Positions 1 through 9,935 of a stretch of DNA of 64,000 bases are shown here, piece after piece. Below the pieces are notes generated by a model, which was given only the letters and a program-made list of their open reading frames with translations, did no database searches and was not told the DNA's origin. Each line of letters starts with the position of its first letter. Position 1 is the first letter of the stretch. The DNA is from an uncultured Alphaproteobacteria bacterium (GTDB lineage Bacteria > Pseudomonadota > Alphaproteobacteria > Rhizobiales > Beijerinckiaceae): contig CAWAQW010000025.1 in the NCBI GenBank assembly GCA_963784075.1, positions 30,230 through 94,229 of the forward strand, written 5' to 3'. A program made the position numbers and the translations under genes.

Positions 1-944
1 GGTCAGACGCTTCACATCGCGCACCGGCCGCGCCGTGCCGATGCGGATGGCCTCGATACGGTTGTCGACCCGGTGAAAGAGCAGATCGAGATGCCGCGCG
101 CCGAGGCCTTTGGCCTCCAAGCGCTTCGCAGAGCTGGCCAGTGAGCTTGCCTGTATAACGGGCTATCGTCTCCGGCGCGCCGATCGGCTCCGCAAAAACG
201 CGGCGCACCTCGATGAGGTCCGGCGGGCGAACCGGATCAATCGGCTCGCTGAGACGTCCCATGGCCTGATCGAGACGGCGGCAAAGTTCCGGACCAAAGC
301 GCAAGGCGAGCGGCGCGCGGGGTTTTGCCGCGAGTTCACCGATGCGTGCGAAGCCGAGGACGGACAGGATCTTCCACCATGGTTTTGGGCAGACGAAGGG
401 CGGCGATGGGCAGGTCGAGAAGAGCTTTCGCGCTGTCTCCCGCCGGGACGACGAGGGTGGGCTGCGCCGCAGTGCGGGCAAGGCATGGGCGGCACCCCAG
501 CTGTCGGCGATCGCCGCCCGCGCCGCGATGCCCGATGCGGCAAGCCGCGCGACCATTTCCTTTAGCATGGCGTCTTCGCCACCATGCAGATGAGCGGCGC
601 CGGTCGACGTCGATGACCAGCCCGTCCGGCGGATCGGCGGCGACGATCGGCGCGTAACGCTGCAACGCCCAGAGAGCGAGCCGGTCGAGGGCTTTCGCGT
701 CGGCGGCAGGATCGGCGTCCCTCAGGATGAGCCCCGGCACCAGGGCCTGCGCCTTGGCCGCGGGCATGCCGATGCGCAAGCCCGCGCGCCGCGCGGCCGC
801 GTCGAGGGCCAGGACCACCCGCCGCCTTCCGTCCCGGCCGGTCAGAACAAGCGGCGCCTCAACCGGCGGCGCGGCGGCGCCCAATGTCCTTCGCAGCCGG
901 TCCGTGGACCAGCTTGGAAGGAAGAGCGAGACGACCCTTGGCAT
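1..944 (-). CDS. imuB: ImuB, inactive Y-family polymerase-like protein (frameshifted near 600; runs off the window)
   Basis: N-terminus MPRVVSLFLPSWSTDRLRR...LALDAAARRAGLRIGMPAAKAQALVPGL...RYAPIVAADPPDGL is typical of ImuB; it overlaps the imuA stop. Confidence 0.85.
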
Positions 945-1622
945 CGCAGGCCTCCACTTCGAAATCGGCGCTTTCCCCGGCGCGGCAGCGGATCAATTCG
1001 AGCTGCCAGCGGGGGCGGCCAACGCCGGGCACCGGCAAGGGAGTTGCGGGGAGGACGCTGACGCGCCAGCGGGTGACGGAGGCCGTCGGCTGTCCGAAAT
1101 CGGCCGCCTCTGCCGGCCGCCGCCAGCGGCGGATGGCGATGCCGATGGTGCCGGAGCTTTCGGCCGCAAGCTGAAGGCGGCGGGAGGCCGTCAAGGAGAG
1201 GCGCGCGACTTCGGCGACGACAGCGCCGAGCCCGCCATGCCGCAAGCCTTCCTCGAAACAGATGAGGACCGACTTCTCATCGCCCGCCTCGACATAGATC
1301 ACGCGGTCGGGCATGAGCCCGGCTTGCGCGAGGGCCGGGGCAAAAAGGTCCGGGCGCGTGAGGCACCACAAAACCTTTCCCCGCGTGCGGGCCGCGATCC
1401 CCGCCGCAAAGAGCGCCGCGGCGGCGCCATGGATCGCGCCATTGCCGCCGCCCGCCACCTCATGCAGCGCGCCAAGCGCCAATCCGCCTCCCGGCAGATG
1501 CCGGTCGATCTCTTTAATGCCGAAGGGCAGCACCGAACGCCGGCGGCCAGCCGCGCCCTCGAGGCGCCGGATGCGCGCGCGAAGCTCCTCGATACCGGGA
1601 CGGGGTAATGGGCGTGCTGCAT
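859..1622 (-). CDS. imuA: ImuA (RecA-like mutagenesis protein); probable frameshift just after the start
   Basis: LPFGIKEIDRHLPGGGLALGALHEV...SLTASRRLQLAAE motifs; AAGGA RBS before ATG 1622, whose frame differs from the body of the gene. Confidence 0.88.
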
Positions 1623-1652
1623 GTCCTTGGCAACGGGCTCGGAGGATAGTAT

Positions 1653-1667
1653 GTTCTATATTTGTTC
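1653..1667. promoter_or_regulatory. Alphaproteobacterial LexA (SOS) box upstream of imuA
   Basis: GTTC-tatattt-GTTC, an exact GTTC-N7-GTTC consensus. Confidence 0.9.
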
Positions 1668-1894
1668 TCATTCTGCCAAGAGAGTCAATTGGAGTTTGCG
1701 GCAGGGTGCCGCCCGAACGGAATCGTGAACGACGATGGGGAATCGGCAAACTACCGTGGACCTGCCATCTGTGCGTATTTTGCTTGTATTTCAGGTATTT
1801 ACGCAGCAATTGACCTTCGGAACCACTTCAATTCTTATGAACTTCTTTACGGACACCACATGCCGTTTCCTCAAGCTTGGACGAAGGTTCACCC

Positions 1895-2616
1895 ATGTCT
1901 GACCCAGCCAACTCAAAAGCCTGTCTGTGTTGTCGTCGGCGTCGGTCCCGGCAATGGCGCCGCCTTCGCCCGCCGGTTCGCGGCGGAGGGATATGCCGTC
2001 GCGTTGCTGGCCCGCAGCACCGGCCTCACGAGCACGACTGGCGCAGGAGCTTCCCGTGGCGCGCGCCTATGCTTGCGATGTGGGCGACCTCGCAGCATGG
2101 TGGAGCGGACCTTCGCATTCGATCGAATCTGACCTCGGATCCGTCGATGTCCTTATTTACAATGCGGGCAAGGGGGTTTGGGGCTCCGCCGAGGAGGTGA
2201 CCTTCGAAGATTTCGAGGCGGCGTGGCGGACCAACACATTTGGCGCCTTCGCCGCCGCGCGATGCGTCATCCCCGCGATGAAGCGGCGCGGCGCCGGGAA
2301 CATTATCTTCATCGGCGCGACCGCTTCTCGCCGAGGCGGTGCCAAGACGGCCGCATTTGCTTCGGCCAAAGCGGCTCAGCGCAGTCTGGCCGAATCCCTC
2401 GCCCGTTCGCTCGGACCTTCGAGGATCCATGTCTCGCTGATCATCATTGATGGAATTGTTGACGAACCGTCGGTTCGGACGAGACTTGCGGACAAACTAG
2501 ACAGCTTCTTCGTCAAGCCGGACGACGTCGCGGACACAGCCGTGATGCTGACACGTCAGAAGCCATCGGCCTGGACCTTCGAACTCGAGGCGCGTCCCTT
2601 TGGCGAGACGTGGTGA
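1895..2616 (+). pseudogene. Short-chain dehydrogenase/reductase (frameshifted)
   Basis: VVVGVGPGNGAAFARRFAAEGYAVALLAR in one frame; VDVLIYNAG...FASAKAAQRSLAESLAR in another. Confidence 0.8.
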
Positions 2617-2761
2617 AGCGACTGCCGGAGCCCGGCGAGGCGCGATCGAGGGGATGATCACATTGGTCCGGAGAGTCGGCTTTCGAGACGCCGGAGCTTG
2701 ATAACAGCACCTCTCATCCGCTGATGTTGTAACGAAGCATGCGGCAGGACGGCTGTCTTCG

Positions 2762-3910
2762 TCACAGGACCAATGAGAGTTGGCGGCGTTCCGTCGCCTG
2801 CGCCTGCGTCAAAGATGAAAGCGAAATCCCGAGCAGTCGCACCCCTTTTTCCGTGGGCAGGAGCGGTTCGAGCAAGCCGAGGCTCAGACGCTCAAGGTCC
2901 GCGAGACTGTCGATCGCGTCGCCGACGGACTTGCTTCGGGTGATCTGCTGAAAGTCGGCGAACTTGACCTTCAGGGTGACAGTCCGCCCCCGGATACCGG
3001 TCGCCTGGCAATGCCGCCAGACCTTGGCGATGATGGGCTCCAGCGCGTCGCGCATCGGCTCGAACGCGTGCAGGTCCTGCGCGAAGGTGTTCTCCGCCCC
3101 AATCGACTTGCGGACGCGGTCGGCGCGGACCGGCCGTTCATCGACGCCGCGCGCGATCCAATAATAGTAGGCTCCGGACTTACCGAAGTGCCGCTGAAGG
3201 AAGGGCAAGGTCTGGGCTCGCAGATCGAGACCGGTTGCGATCCCGAGCCGGTTCATTTTCGCCGTCGTCGCCGGTCCAACGCCATGGAATTTTTCGACCG
3301 GCAAATTCTCGACGAAGGCCGACCCCATCTTAGGAGTGATGACAAAGAGGCCATCCGGTTTGTTCTGATCGGAGGCAAGCTTCGCCAAAAATTTGTTGTA
3401 GCTGACGCCGGCCGAGGCCGTCAGTTTCGTCTCTCTTTTGATCTTCGCTCTTATCGCCTCGGCGATCTCTGTCGCTGAGGCGATGCCTTTCAAATTCTCG
3501 GTGACGTCGAGATAGGCCTCGTCGAGCGACAATGGCTCGATGATGGGCGTATATTCGGCGAAAATGTCGCGGATTTGGAGCGAGACCGCTTTATAGACGT
3601 CGAAGCGCGGCGTCACGAAAATGAGCTCAGGGCATCTTCGCTTTGACGTCACGGATGGCATGGCGGAGCGCACCCCGAACGCCCTGGCTTCATAGCTCGC
3701 GGCGGCAACGACACCCCGCTCGCGAGACCCGCCGACGGCAACGGGCTTGCCGCGCAGCTCCGGATTGTCACGCTGCTCCACTGAGGCGAAAAACGCATCC
3801 ATGTCGATATGGATGATTTTGCGTTGCCGCTTGCGACCCGCCGGGTCATCCCTTTCCGGCCCTTCGGGCCGGACCGCTTTTCGATCTCTATCCGTGCCCC
3901 ATGCGAGCAT
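2762..3910 (-). CDS. dinB: DNA polymerase IV
   Basis: RKIIHIDMDAFFASVEQRDNP, ASYEARAFGVRSAM and LSLDEAYLD motifs. Confidence 0.95.
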   Translation of the reverse strand: MLAWGTDRDRKAVRPEGPERDDPAGRKRQRKIIHIDMDAFFASVEQRDNPELRGKPVAVGGSRERGVVAAASYEARAFGVRSAMPSVTSKRRCPELIFVTPRFDVYKAVSLQIRDIFAEYTPIIEPLSLDEAYLDVTENLKGIASATEIAEAIRAKIKRETKLTASAGVSYNKFLAKLASDQNKPDGLFVITPKMGSAFVENLPVEKFHGVGPATTAKMNRLGIATGLDLRAQTLPFLQRHFGKSGAYYYWIARGVDERPVRADRVRKSIGAENTFAQDLHAFEPMRDALEPIIAKVWRHCQATGIRGRTVTLKVKFADFQQITRSKSVGDAIDSLADLERLSLGLLEPLLPTEKGVRLLGISLSSLTQAQATERRQLSLVL

Positions 3911-3915
3911 GACGA

Positions 3916-4581
3916 TCAGGCCACAAGGCCTCCCTCGTCTTTCTTCTCGCCACGGCCAACGATCATCAAAGCGTCGTCGGGCAAGGGACGTTGAAGTTTA
4001 AGTGCTTCTTCGGGTGGAGCGTTCATCCAAATGTCGATTTCATCGCGCGTTGTCAAAATGACAGGCATTGCCTTGGGGTGGATGGCTCCGACCACATTGT
4101 TTGGCTCGGTTGTCAGAAACGCGAAAATGTCGTTTGTCGTCTCGCCTTCCTTCACCTTTCGAACAGCGGTCCAGCGAGTCCAGATGCCGGCGAAGAAAGC
4201 GAGGGGCCGCGTCTCGTCGAAAGCAAACCAGACGGGAGGGTGGGTTCCGTCCGGCAGCGCCTCATTTTCGGAGAAACTGGTGAAAGGCACGACACATCGG
4301 TTTTCAACCCCAAGCCAGCGCCGCCAGTGTGGAGATTTCACATTGCGGACATTGGTGACGCCCGGATCGGATTTCTTTCCCTTGAGAGCGAACACCGGGG
4401 ATGGCATGCCCCAACGCGCCATCGTCAGCTCCCGGCCATCGGGCTGATTGCGCACGATCGGGGCCGCGTAATCCGGGAATATGCCTGAGAGCGGTGGAAG
4501 ATTTCCCGTCCTGTCGCGCATGGCGCCAGTGAATTCGCGGATCGCCTGTTGGCCTTTCGTCACCGAATATAAGTTGCACAA
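3916..4581 (-). CDS. SOS response-associated peptidase (SRAP/YedK/HMCES family)
   Basis: N-terminal MCNLY (catalytic Cys2), RWG, RCVVPFTSFSE, IHPKAMPVIL. Confidence 0.92.
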   Translation of the reverse strand: MCNLYSVTKGQQAIREFTGAMRDRTGNLPPLSGIFPDYAAPIVRNQPDGRELTMARWGMPSPVFALKGKKSDPGVTNVRNVKSPHWRRWLGVENRCVVPFTSFSENEALPDGTHPPVWFAFDETRPLAFFAGIWTRWTAVRKVKEGETTNDIFAFLTTEPNNVVGAIHPKAMPVILTTRDEIDIWMNAPPEEALKLQRPLPDDALMIVGRGEKKDEGGLVA

Positions 4582-4593
4582 AGGTCAACCCCT

Positions 4594-6667
4594 TCATCGC
4601 CACATGCCACGCATACGGGCGCTGACATCGACGCGCATACCTTGGCTTGGGCCTTGCACGCCCACCGATCCAGTTGCGATCACCGGCCAGCCTGTCTTGT
4701 CGAATAGGTTCAATAGACCATCAGGAATGAAGCGCGTCCTCGCGGCATAGACATGCCGGTCGCCTTGCGCGATTCTGGCCATGGGTGAAAAAGCGCTGCG
4801 GAACGATAAGATGCAAATCGTCCTTGGCCCGCGTCATCGCAACATAGAGAAGGCGGCGTTCCTCCTCGATCTCGGCCGTCGTGCCGGTGGCAAGGTCGGA
4901 CGGGATGCAGCCATCGACGACGTTCAGCACGAAAACCGATTTCCATTCCTGGCCCTTGGCCGAATGGATCGTCGATAGGATCAGATAATCCTCGTCGAGC
5001 AGCGGCACGCCCGCCTGATCGCTCGTCGCGTCGGGCGGATTGAGGGTGAGCTCCGTCAGGAACCGCTCGCGTGAGGGATAGCCGGAGGCGATCTGTTCAA
5101 GCTGCAGGAGATCGGCGCGCCGCATGACGGCATCCTCGTGAATGCGCTCGAGATGCGGTTCGTACCAAAGGCGCGCGGGCTCGAGTTCGGCCGGCCAGCC
5201 AGCGTTGCCGGCGTGCAAGTCAGTGATGGTCGTGACAAAGGCCGGCCAATTGTCGCCGGCGCGGGGCGGCGCGGGTGCGTTCACCAGTGCGTCGATGGGG
5301 TCAGCCGCATCCGTCATGTGGTCGAGCACGCGCTGCGCCGAAGTTGATCCGACGCCCGGCATCAATTGCAGCACGCGGAAGCCCGCGACGCGATCCCGAG
5401 GGTTCTCGACGAACCGCAGCAGCGCCAGCATGTCCTTGATGTGGGCGGCCTCGAGGAACTTGAGGCCGCCGAACTTGACGAAGGGAATATTGCGGCGGGT
5501 CAGTTCCACTTCGAGGGGCCCACTGTGATGCGAGGCCCGGAACAGGATCGCCTGCTGCTTCAGCGCCGACCCACCCTCGCGGTTCTCCAAGACGCCTTCG
5601 ACGACATAGCGGGCTTGGTCGGCCTCGTCGCGGACGCTGACAAGATGGGGCCGCTCGCACGAATTCCGGTCCGTCCAAAGGTTCTTGGTGAACCGTTCGG
5701 CGGCTAGATCGATGACACCATTGGCGGCCGCCAGAATCGGCTGCGTCGAGCGATAATTGCGATCCAGCGTGATGATCTCGGCGGCTGGACTGAACTGACC
5801 AGGGAAGTCGAGAATGTTACGGACGGTTGCGGCGCGAAACGAATAGATCGCCTGCGCGTCATCCCCGACGACGGTGAGGCCGCGTCCATCGGGTTTCAGC
5901 ACCAGAAGGATCGAAGATTGGAGCCGGTTGGTGTCCTGATATTCGTCGACGAGGATATGATCGAAGCGGCCACCGATGTCCGCGGCAAGGCCCGGGTCGC
6001 TTATGGTCTGCGCCCAATAAAGCAGAAGATCATCGTAATCGAGGACGTTCTGCCGCTGCTTCGCCTCCACATAGGCTGCGAAGACGCCGCGCAGCTCGGC
6101 CGCCCAGGCGGCGCACCACGGAAAAGAAGCGCTTAGGACCTCCTCGATCGCCAGCTCCGCGTTGACGCAGTGCGAGTAGATCGCAAGGCAGGTGCCTTTC
6201 ATCGGAAATCGGCTCTTGGTCTTCGAGAAACCAAGCTCATGCCGGACCAGATTCATCAGATCGGCGGAATCCTCTCGATCATGGATCGTAAATGACGGTT
6301 CGAGTCCAATCTGCTGAGCATAGTCGCGCAAAAGCCGCGCGCCGATCCCATGGAACGTCCCCGCCCAGGTGAGCGCGTCTGTCAAAACGCCGGCGCGATC
6401 CCCCATCACCTGGCGGGTGATCCGCTCGACACGGCGCATCATCTCGGTCGCCGCGCGCCTTGAGAACGTCATCAAGAGGACTCGGCGTGGATCGGCACCA
6501 TTGACGATCAAATGCGCGACGCGATGGGCGAGCGTGTTGGTCTTGCCCGAGCCCGCCCCGGCGATCACGAGGAGCGGGGGACAGGGCGCGCATGGCTTAT
6601 CGCGCACGCCATGCTCGACGGCGCGTCGCTGTTCGGGATTGAGCTTATCGAGATAGGCCACGGACAT
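4594..6667 (-). CDS. UvrD/PcrA-family SF1 helicase (C-terminal frameshift near 4770)
   Basis: LNPEQRRAV, AGAGSGKT, LVDEYQDTN, VGDDAQAIYSFRAA, NYRS, STIHSAKGQEW, EERRLLYVAMTRAK; the tail continues in the 4594..4782 frame. Confidence 0.92.
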
Positions 6668-6708
6668 GGGCTGCGAATCGCTCGGGGACTCCTGCGTGAA
6701 AGAAGCAT

Positions 6709-6723
6709 GTTTCTCTTTTGTTC
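6709..6723. promoter_or_regulatory. Near-consensus LexA box upstream of the helicase
   Basis: GTTT-ctctttt-GTTC (one mismatch), ~40 nt upstream of ATG 6667. Confidence 0.65.
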
Positions 6724-7326
6724 GCAACGTTCCTCATCTGTCTCGAATGGTGGAGCGTCAGCGCCTTTCGGTCATTGTCGGCCAGCGTCAGGCGATGTCG
6801 GTCGGGGTAAAGCACGTGGCTGGAGACAATGCTGGACGACACTCTTGAAATGAATGGAGGGACGCAAAGGCCCGGACGGTCTTGCCTGGCGCGAAATCAA
6901 ACAGGCAAAAATCACGCATCGAAATAGGATTTTCCCCCAAGACGGCGTGGATATGGACAAAATTCGTTAGTGGACGATATATAATTGGATATGATCACGG
7001 TAGATATTTTAAGGATGCTTCGTCAATGGATATTGGACGCAGTCTGATTTTGAGGCGATGATTCGCCTTCATTGAAAGGTGGGATTGTAGGCGCGGGACT
7101 TTGGCTCGTCTCGGGTCCTCCCACCGGCGAGATCTGGCGGGACGCCGGTCCAATTTGCGGACGGCGCTTAGAGCGGAGATTTAATCGAACTCATGCCGGC
7201 TCGAGGTCTCGATCGAGTGCCGGCGCATTGGAGACGCCCGGATTTATTTTGAGGGAATCGCTTTTCAACGTGCGGCCGAAACGGCTCGCAGACGCGCAAC
7301 TCCCCAATGTTTTTAAGGGGATTTCG

Positions 7327-8301
7327 ATGAACCAGAAAATTGAACTGATCTCGGTGATGCAGGCCTTGAAGGTCGCGGAGCATCTCAGTTTTCGCCGCGC
7401 CGCGGAAGCGCTAGGCATTTGCCAATCCAGCGTCAGCAAGCGTGTGAGAGCACTCGAGAGCCTTCTGGGCGTCGACCTGTTCGATCGCCATCATGCTGGA
7501 GTCAAAGTGACCGATGCTGGCCATAATTTCTTTGAGCACATCAAAATGGCACTCGATCATCTCGATTCGGCGGTGACATCGGCCGGCAAGGCCGGACGCG
7601 TCGAGAGAGGCAGCTTGAAGATCGGCCTCTTTTCCTCGCTGGCGTCAGGATTTTTGCCGGAACTGCTGCGATGCTATTCGGCCCAACACCCGGAGATTGA
7701 CGTCAGCATCGTCGAAGGACCGCCAAGCGAAAATCTGGCGCTGCTTCGCGCGGAACAGCTCGACATCGTCTTCGTCATGGGCGAGCCCGTTGCGCGCGAT
7801 TGCGACGTCGCCCGGCTCTGGAACGAACGCGTATTCGTCGTTCTGCCGGACACGCATGCGCTGTGTGGCAAGGACGCGATCCAATGGGAGGATTTGAAGA
7901 CTGAGCATTTTATCCTAACCCGATCAGAGGTTGGGATGGCGATCCACGACTATGTCATTCAACGACTCGCGGCGCTTCATCGGCGTCCAGACATTCGCCA
8001 GAGTCCGGTGGCGCGCGACACGCTCGTTCATATGGTGGGGCTCGGGAAAGGGATCAGTCTCATGAGTGAGGCCATCATCGCCATGCCCTTTCCGCATGTG
8101 GCTTTTCGCCCCATCGCTGGAAATTCCGATGCGCTGCCGTTCAGCGGCGTCTGGCTGCTGCGCAACAGCAACCAGGCTCTGCGCCGATTCATCAGCCTCG
8201 CCCGTACGCTCTCGAAGACTTGGAATCAGACCGACAAATCCGCGGCGGTGACCTCCGGCGAACAAAACGCCAGTCTTAAAATGGAAAATCCAACATCCTG
8301 A
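7327..8301 (+). CDS. LysR-family regulator (ICE-associated type)
   Basis: VAEHLSFRRAAEALGICQSSVSKRVRALE HTH plus substrate-binding domain; converges on DUF2274-trbI. Confidence 0.9.
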   Translation: MNQKIELISVMQALKVAEHLSFRRAAEALGICQSSVSKRVRALESLLGVDLFDRHHAGVKVTDAGHNFFEHIKMALDHLDSAVTSAGKAGRVERGSLKIGLFSSLASGFLPELLRCYSAQHPEIDVSIVEGPPSENLALLRAEQLDIVFVMGEPVARDCDVARLWNERVFVVLPDTHALCGKDAIQWEDLKTEHFILTRSEVGMAIHDYVIQRLAALHRRPDIRQSPVARDTLVHMVGLGKGISLMSEAIIAMPFPHVAFRPIAGNSDALPFSGVWLLRNSNQALRRFISLARTLSKTWNQTDKSAAVTSGEQNASLKMENPTS

Positions 8302-8358
8302 ATGGGATTTATTCTGCAGTTCATCGATGCCGGATGACTCCGTTTTGCGGATCAGGCT

Positions 8359-8580
8359 CTATTCCTTGGCGCGCTTCGCCGTGGCGAAGGCCCGATCGCT
8401 CGCCATGAAGCGCGCGATCATTGGCGGGATGAGCTTTGCCGGTTCAACCGCGGTCAGGCTGGTTTCCTTGGCGAGCAGCTCGGCATAAAGGGCAAGATCG
8501 CGGTGGATAGTCGCGGGAAGATCGATGGCGATCTTCACCGGTTTGTCGTCCGGCACGGTGGAAAGTTTCAGTTTGCTCAT
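8359..8580 (-). CDS. DUF2274 protein (small gene after trbI in ICEs)
   Basis: MSKLKLSTVPDDKPVKIAIDLPATIHRDLALYAELL...LIPPMIARFMASDRAF. Confidence 0.85.
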   Translation of the reverse strand: MSKLKLSTVPDDKPVKIAIDLPATIHRDLALYAELLAKETSLTAVEPAKLIPPMIARFMASDRAFATAKRAKE

Positions 8581-8592
8581 GGCGGCAAGTCC

Positions 8593-9780
8593 TTATCCCT
8601 GATATTGGGCGAGCACGAGATCGCGGTTGACGAGGACCCGGACCGGAAAGCCTGGCCGGATCGTGAGGGTCGGCTGGACATTGATCTGGCGGCGGACAAG
8701 TTCCTGTCCCGACTGATTGATCAATTCCTGGCTGCCTCGCTGCAGCGCCAGGACGAGGTCGCTTTGGCTGCCGTTCGTGCCAAGCTCCGCGCCGACGCCA
8801 AGCAAGGTCGAGAGCGCCGCCGTCTTCAAAAGGTCCCCCCAATGATAATCGACGCCATCCTCAAGCCCGGCATAGCCTTCCGTGTCGGCGCCGGGCTGGT
8901 GCTTAAGCACGATCGATTGACCGTTCGGAAAAACGATGCGGTTCCAGATGAGTAGGACGCGCGACTGGCCGAAGGACACCTGGCTGTCGTAGCTGCCGAT
9001 CAATTTGGCGCCTTGGGGCACGAGGAGGAAACGGCCTGTGGGGCTGTCATAGACGTTCTCCGTGACCTGCGCGGTGATCAGGCCGGGCAGGTCGGATTGG
9101 ATGCCGGTGATCAGGGCCGCCGGAATCACTGTGCCCGCTTGCAGGACATAGGATGAAGCCGGGTTCATCAGCCGGTCGGAGCTGACGGTGCGACGATCGG
9201 TAGGGCCGTTGAGAAAGGCAAGCTTGCGGTCCTGCATGTTTTGAAGGGAGTCCGGATCGAGCGGCGGCTTTTGGTCTGCCGCCGCTGCACCCGTTGCTGC
9301 CGAGACCGCCGCAAGCGCTGGTCCGATTTCAGGCTGCTCTCTTGCGCTGGTCGTCGAAAACAATCGGCTGGTGCGGGCGGCCTCGCTTTCTTGCGCCATG
9401 CGTTGCTCCATCGTCTCAAATCCAGACGTGGGCGGACCGCCAGAATGGGCGTTGAGAATGGGGCGGCCGAGATCGCCTGGCAGCGGCGGGCCAAGCTGCG
9501 GGACGCTCGGTGGGAGACTCGTGTAGTCTTTCGGCAAGGACGCAAGACCGTCTGGCGGTGTCTTGTTGTCGGTGTTGAAGAGTTCCTGGCCGCTTTGCTG
9601 GCTGTGCTTGCTGGTGCCGAGCGCCCAGATGAGCGAGCCCAAAATCGCGAGGCTGGCAACCCCTGCGAGGCTGGCCAGCACTTTGCGCGATAAGCGCATC
9701 ACCTTTGGGCGCTCAGGCCGAAGGCGAAAGCCGGCCGCGGTCTGGCGGTCGTCACGCTCCTGCGTTTGGTTGTCGCTCAC
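8593..9780 (-). CDS. trbI: Conjugal transfer protein TrbI/VirB10 (rest of the trb operon missing)
   Basis: GPPLPGDLG, YVLQAGTVIPAALITGIQSDLPG, PTLTIRPGFPVRVLVNRDL; GTG start at 9780 with GGAG RBS. Confidence 0.9.
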   Translation of the reverse strand: MSDNQTQERDDRQTAAGFRLRPERPKVMRLSRKVLASLAGVASLAILGSLIWALGTSKHSQQSGQELFNTDNKTPPDGLASLPKDYTSLPPSVPQLGPPLPGDLGRPILNAHSGGPPTSGFETMEQRMAQESEAARTSRLFSTTSAREQPEIGPALAAVSAATGAAAADQKPPLDPDSLQNMQDRKLAFLNGPTDRRTVSSDRLMNPASSYVLQAGTVIPAALITGIQSDLPGLITAQVTENVYDSPTGRFLLVPQGAKLIGSYDSQVSFGQSRVLLIWNRIVFPNGQSIVLKHQPGADTEGYAGLEDGVDYHWGDLLKTAALSTLLGVGAELGTNGSQSDLVLALQRGSQELINQSGQELVRRQINVQPTLTIRPGFPVRVLVNRDLVLAQYQG

Positions 9781-9792
9781 CGAGGTCTCCCG

Positions 9793-9925
9793 TTCGGCGA
9801 ACAGCCATGTGGCGCAGGCGTCTTCGTCGGGGAAGCGGCGCTGAAAATCGCTGAGCGAGGTTGGGAAATTGGCCATGGCGCGACCTTGGGACGGGAATTA
9901 TGTTCCTGTTATCTGCGCAAACGCC
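9793..9925 (-). mobile_element. IS1595-family transposase N-terminal remnant, in frame with trbI
   Basis: MANFPTSLSDFQRRFPDEDACATWLFAER resembles the start of an IS1595 zinc-ribbon transposase, cut before the CxxC motifs. Confidence 0.7.
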
Positions 9926-9935
9926 GACCCAAGCC

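Noticed and set aside
727-1608. Long antisense ORFs (also 11690..12490, 34970..36079, 46018..47376, 55503..56663)
   Set aside because: Shadow ORFs opposite well-supported genes in high-GC DNA
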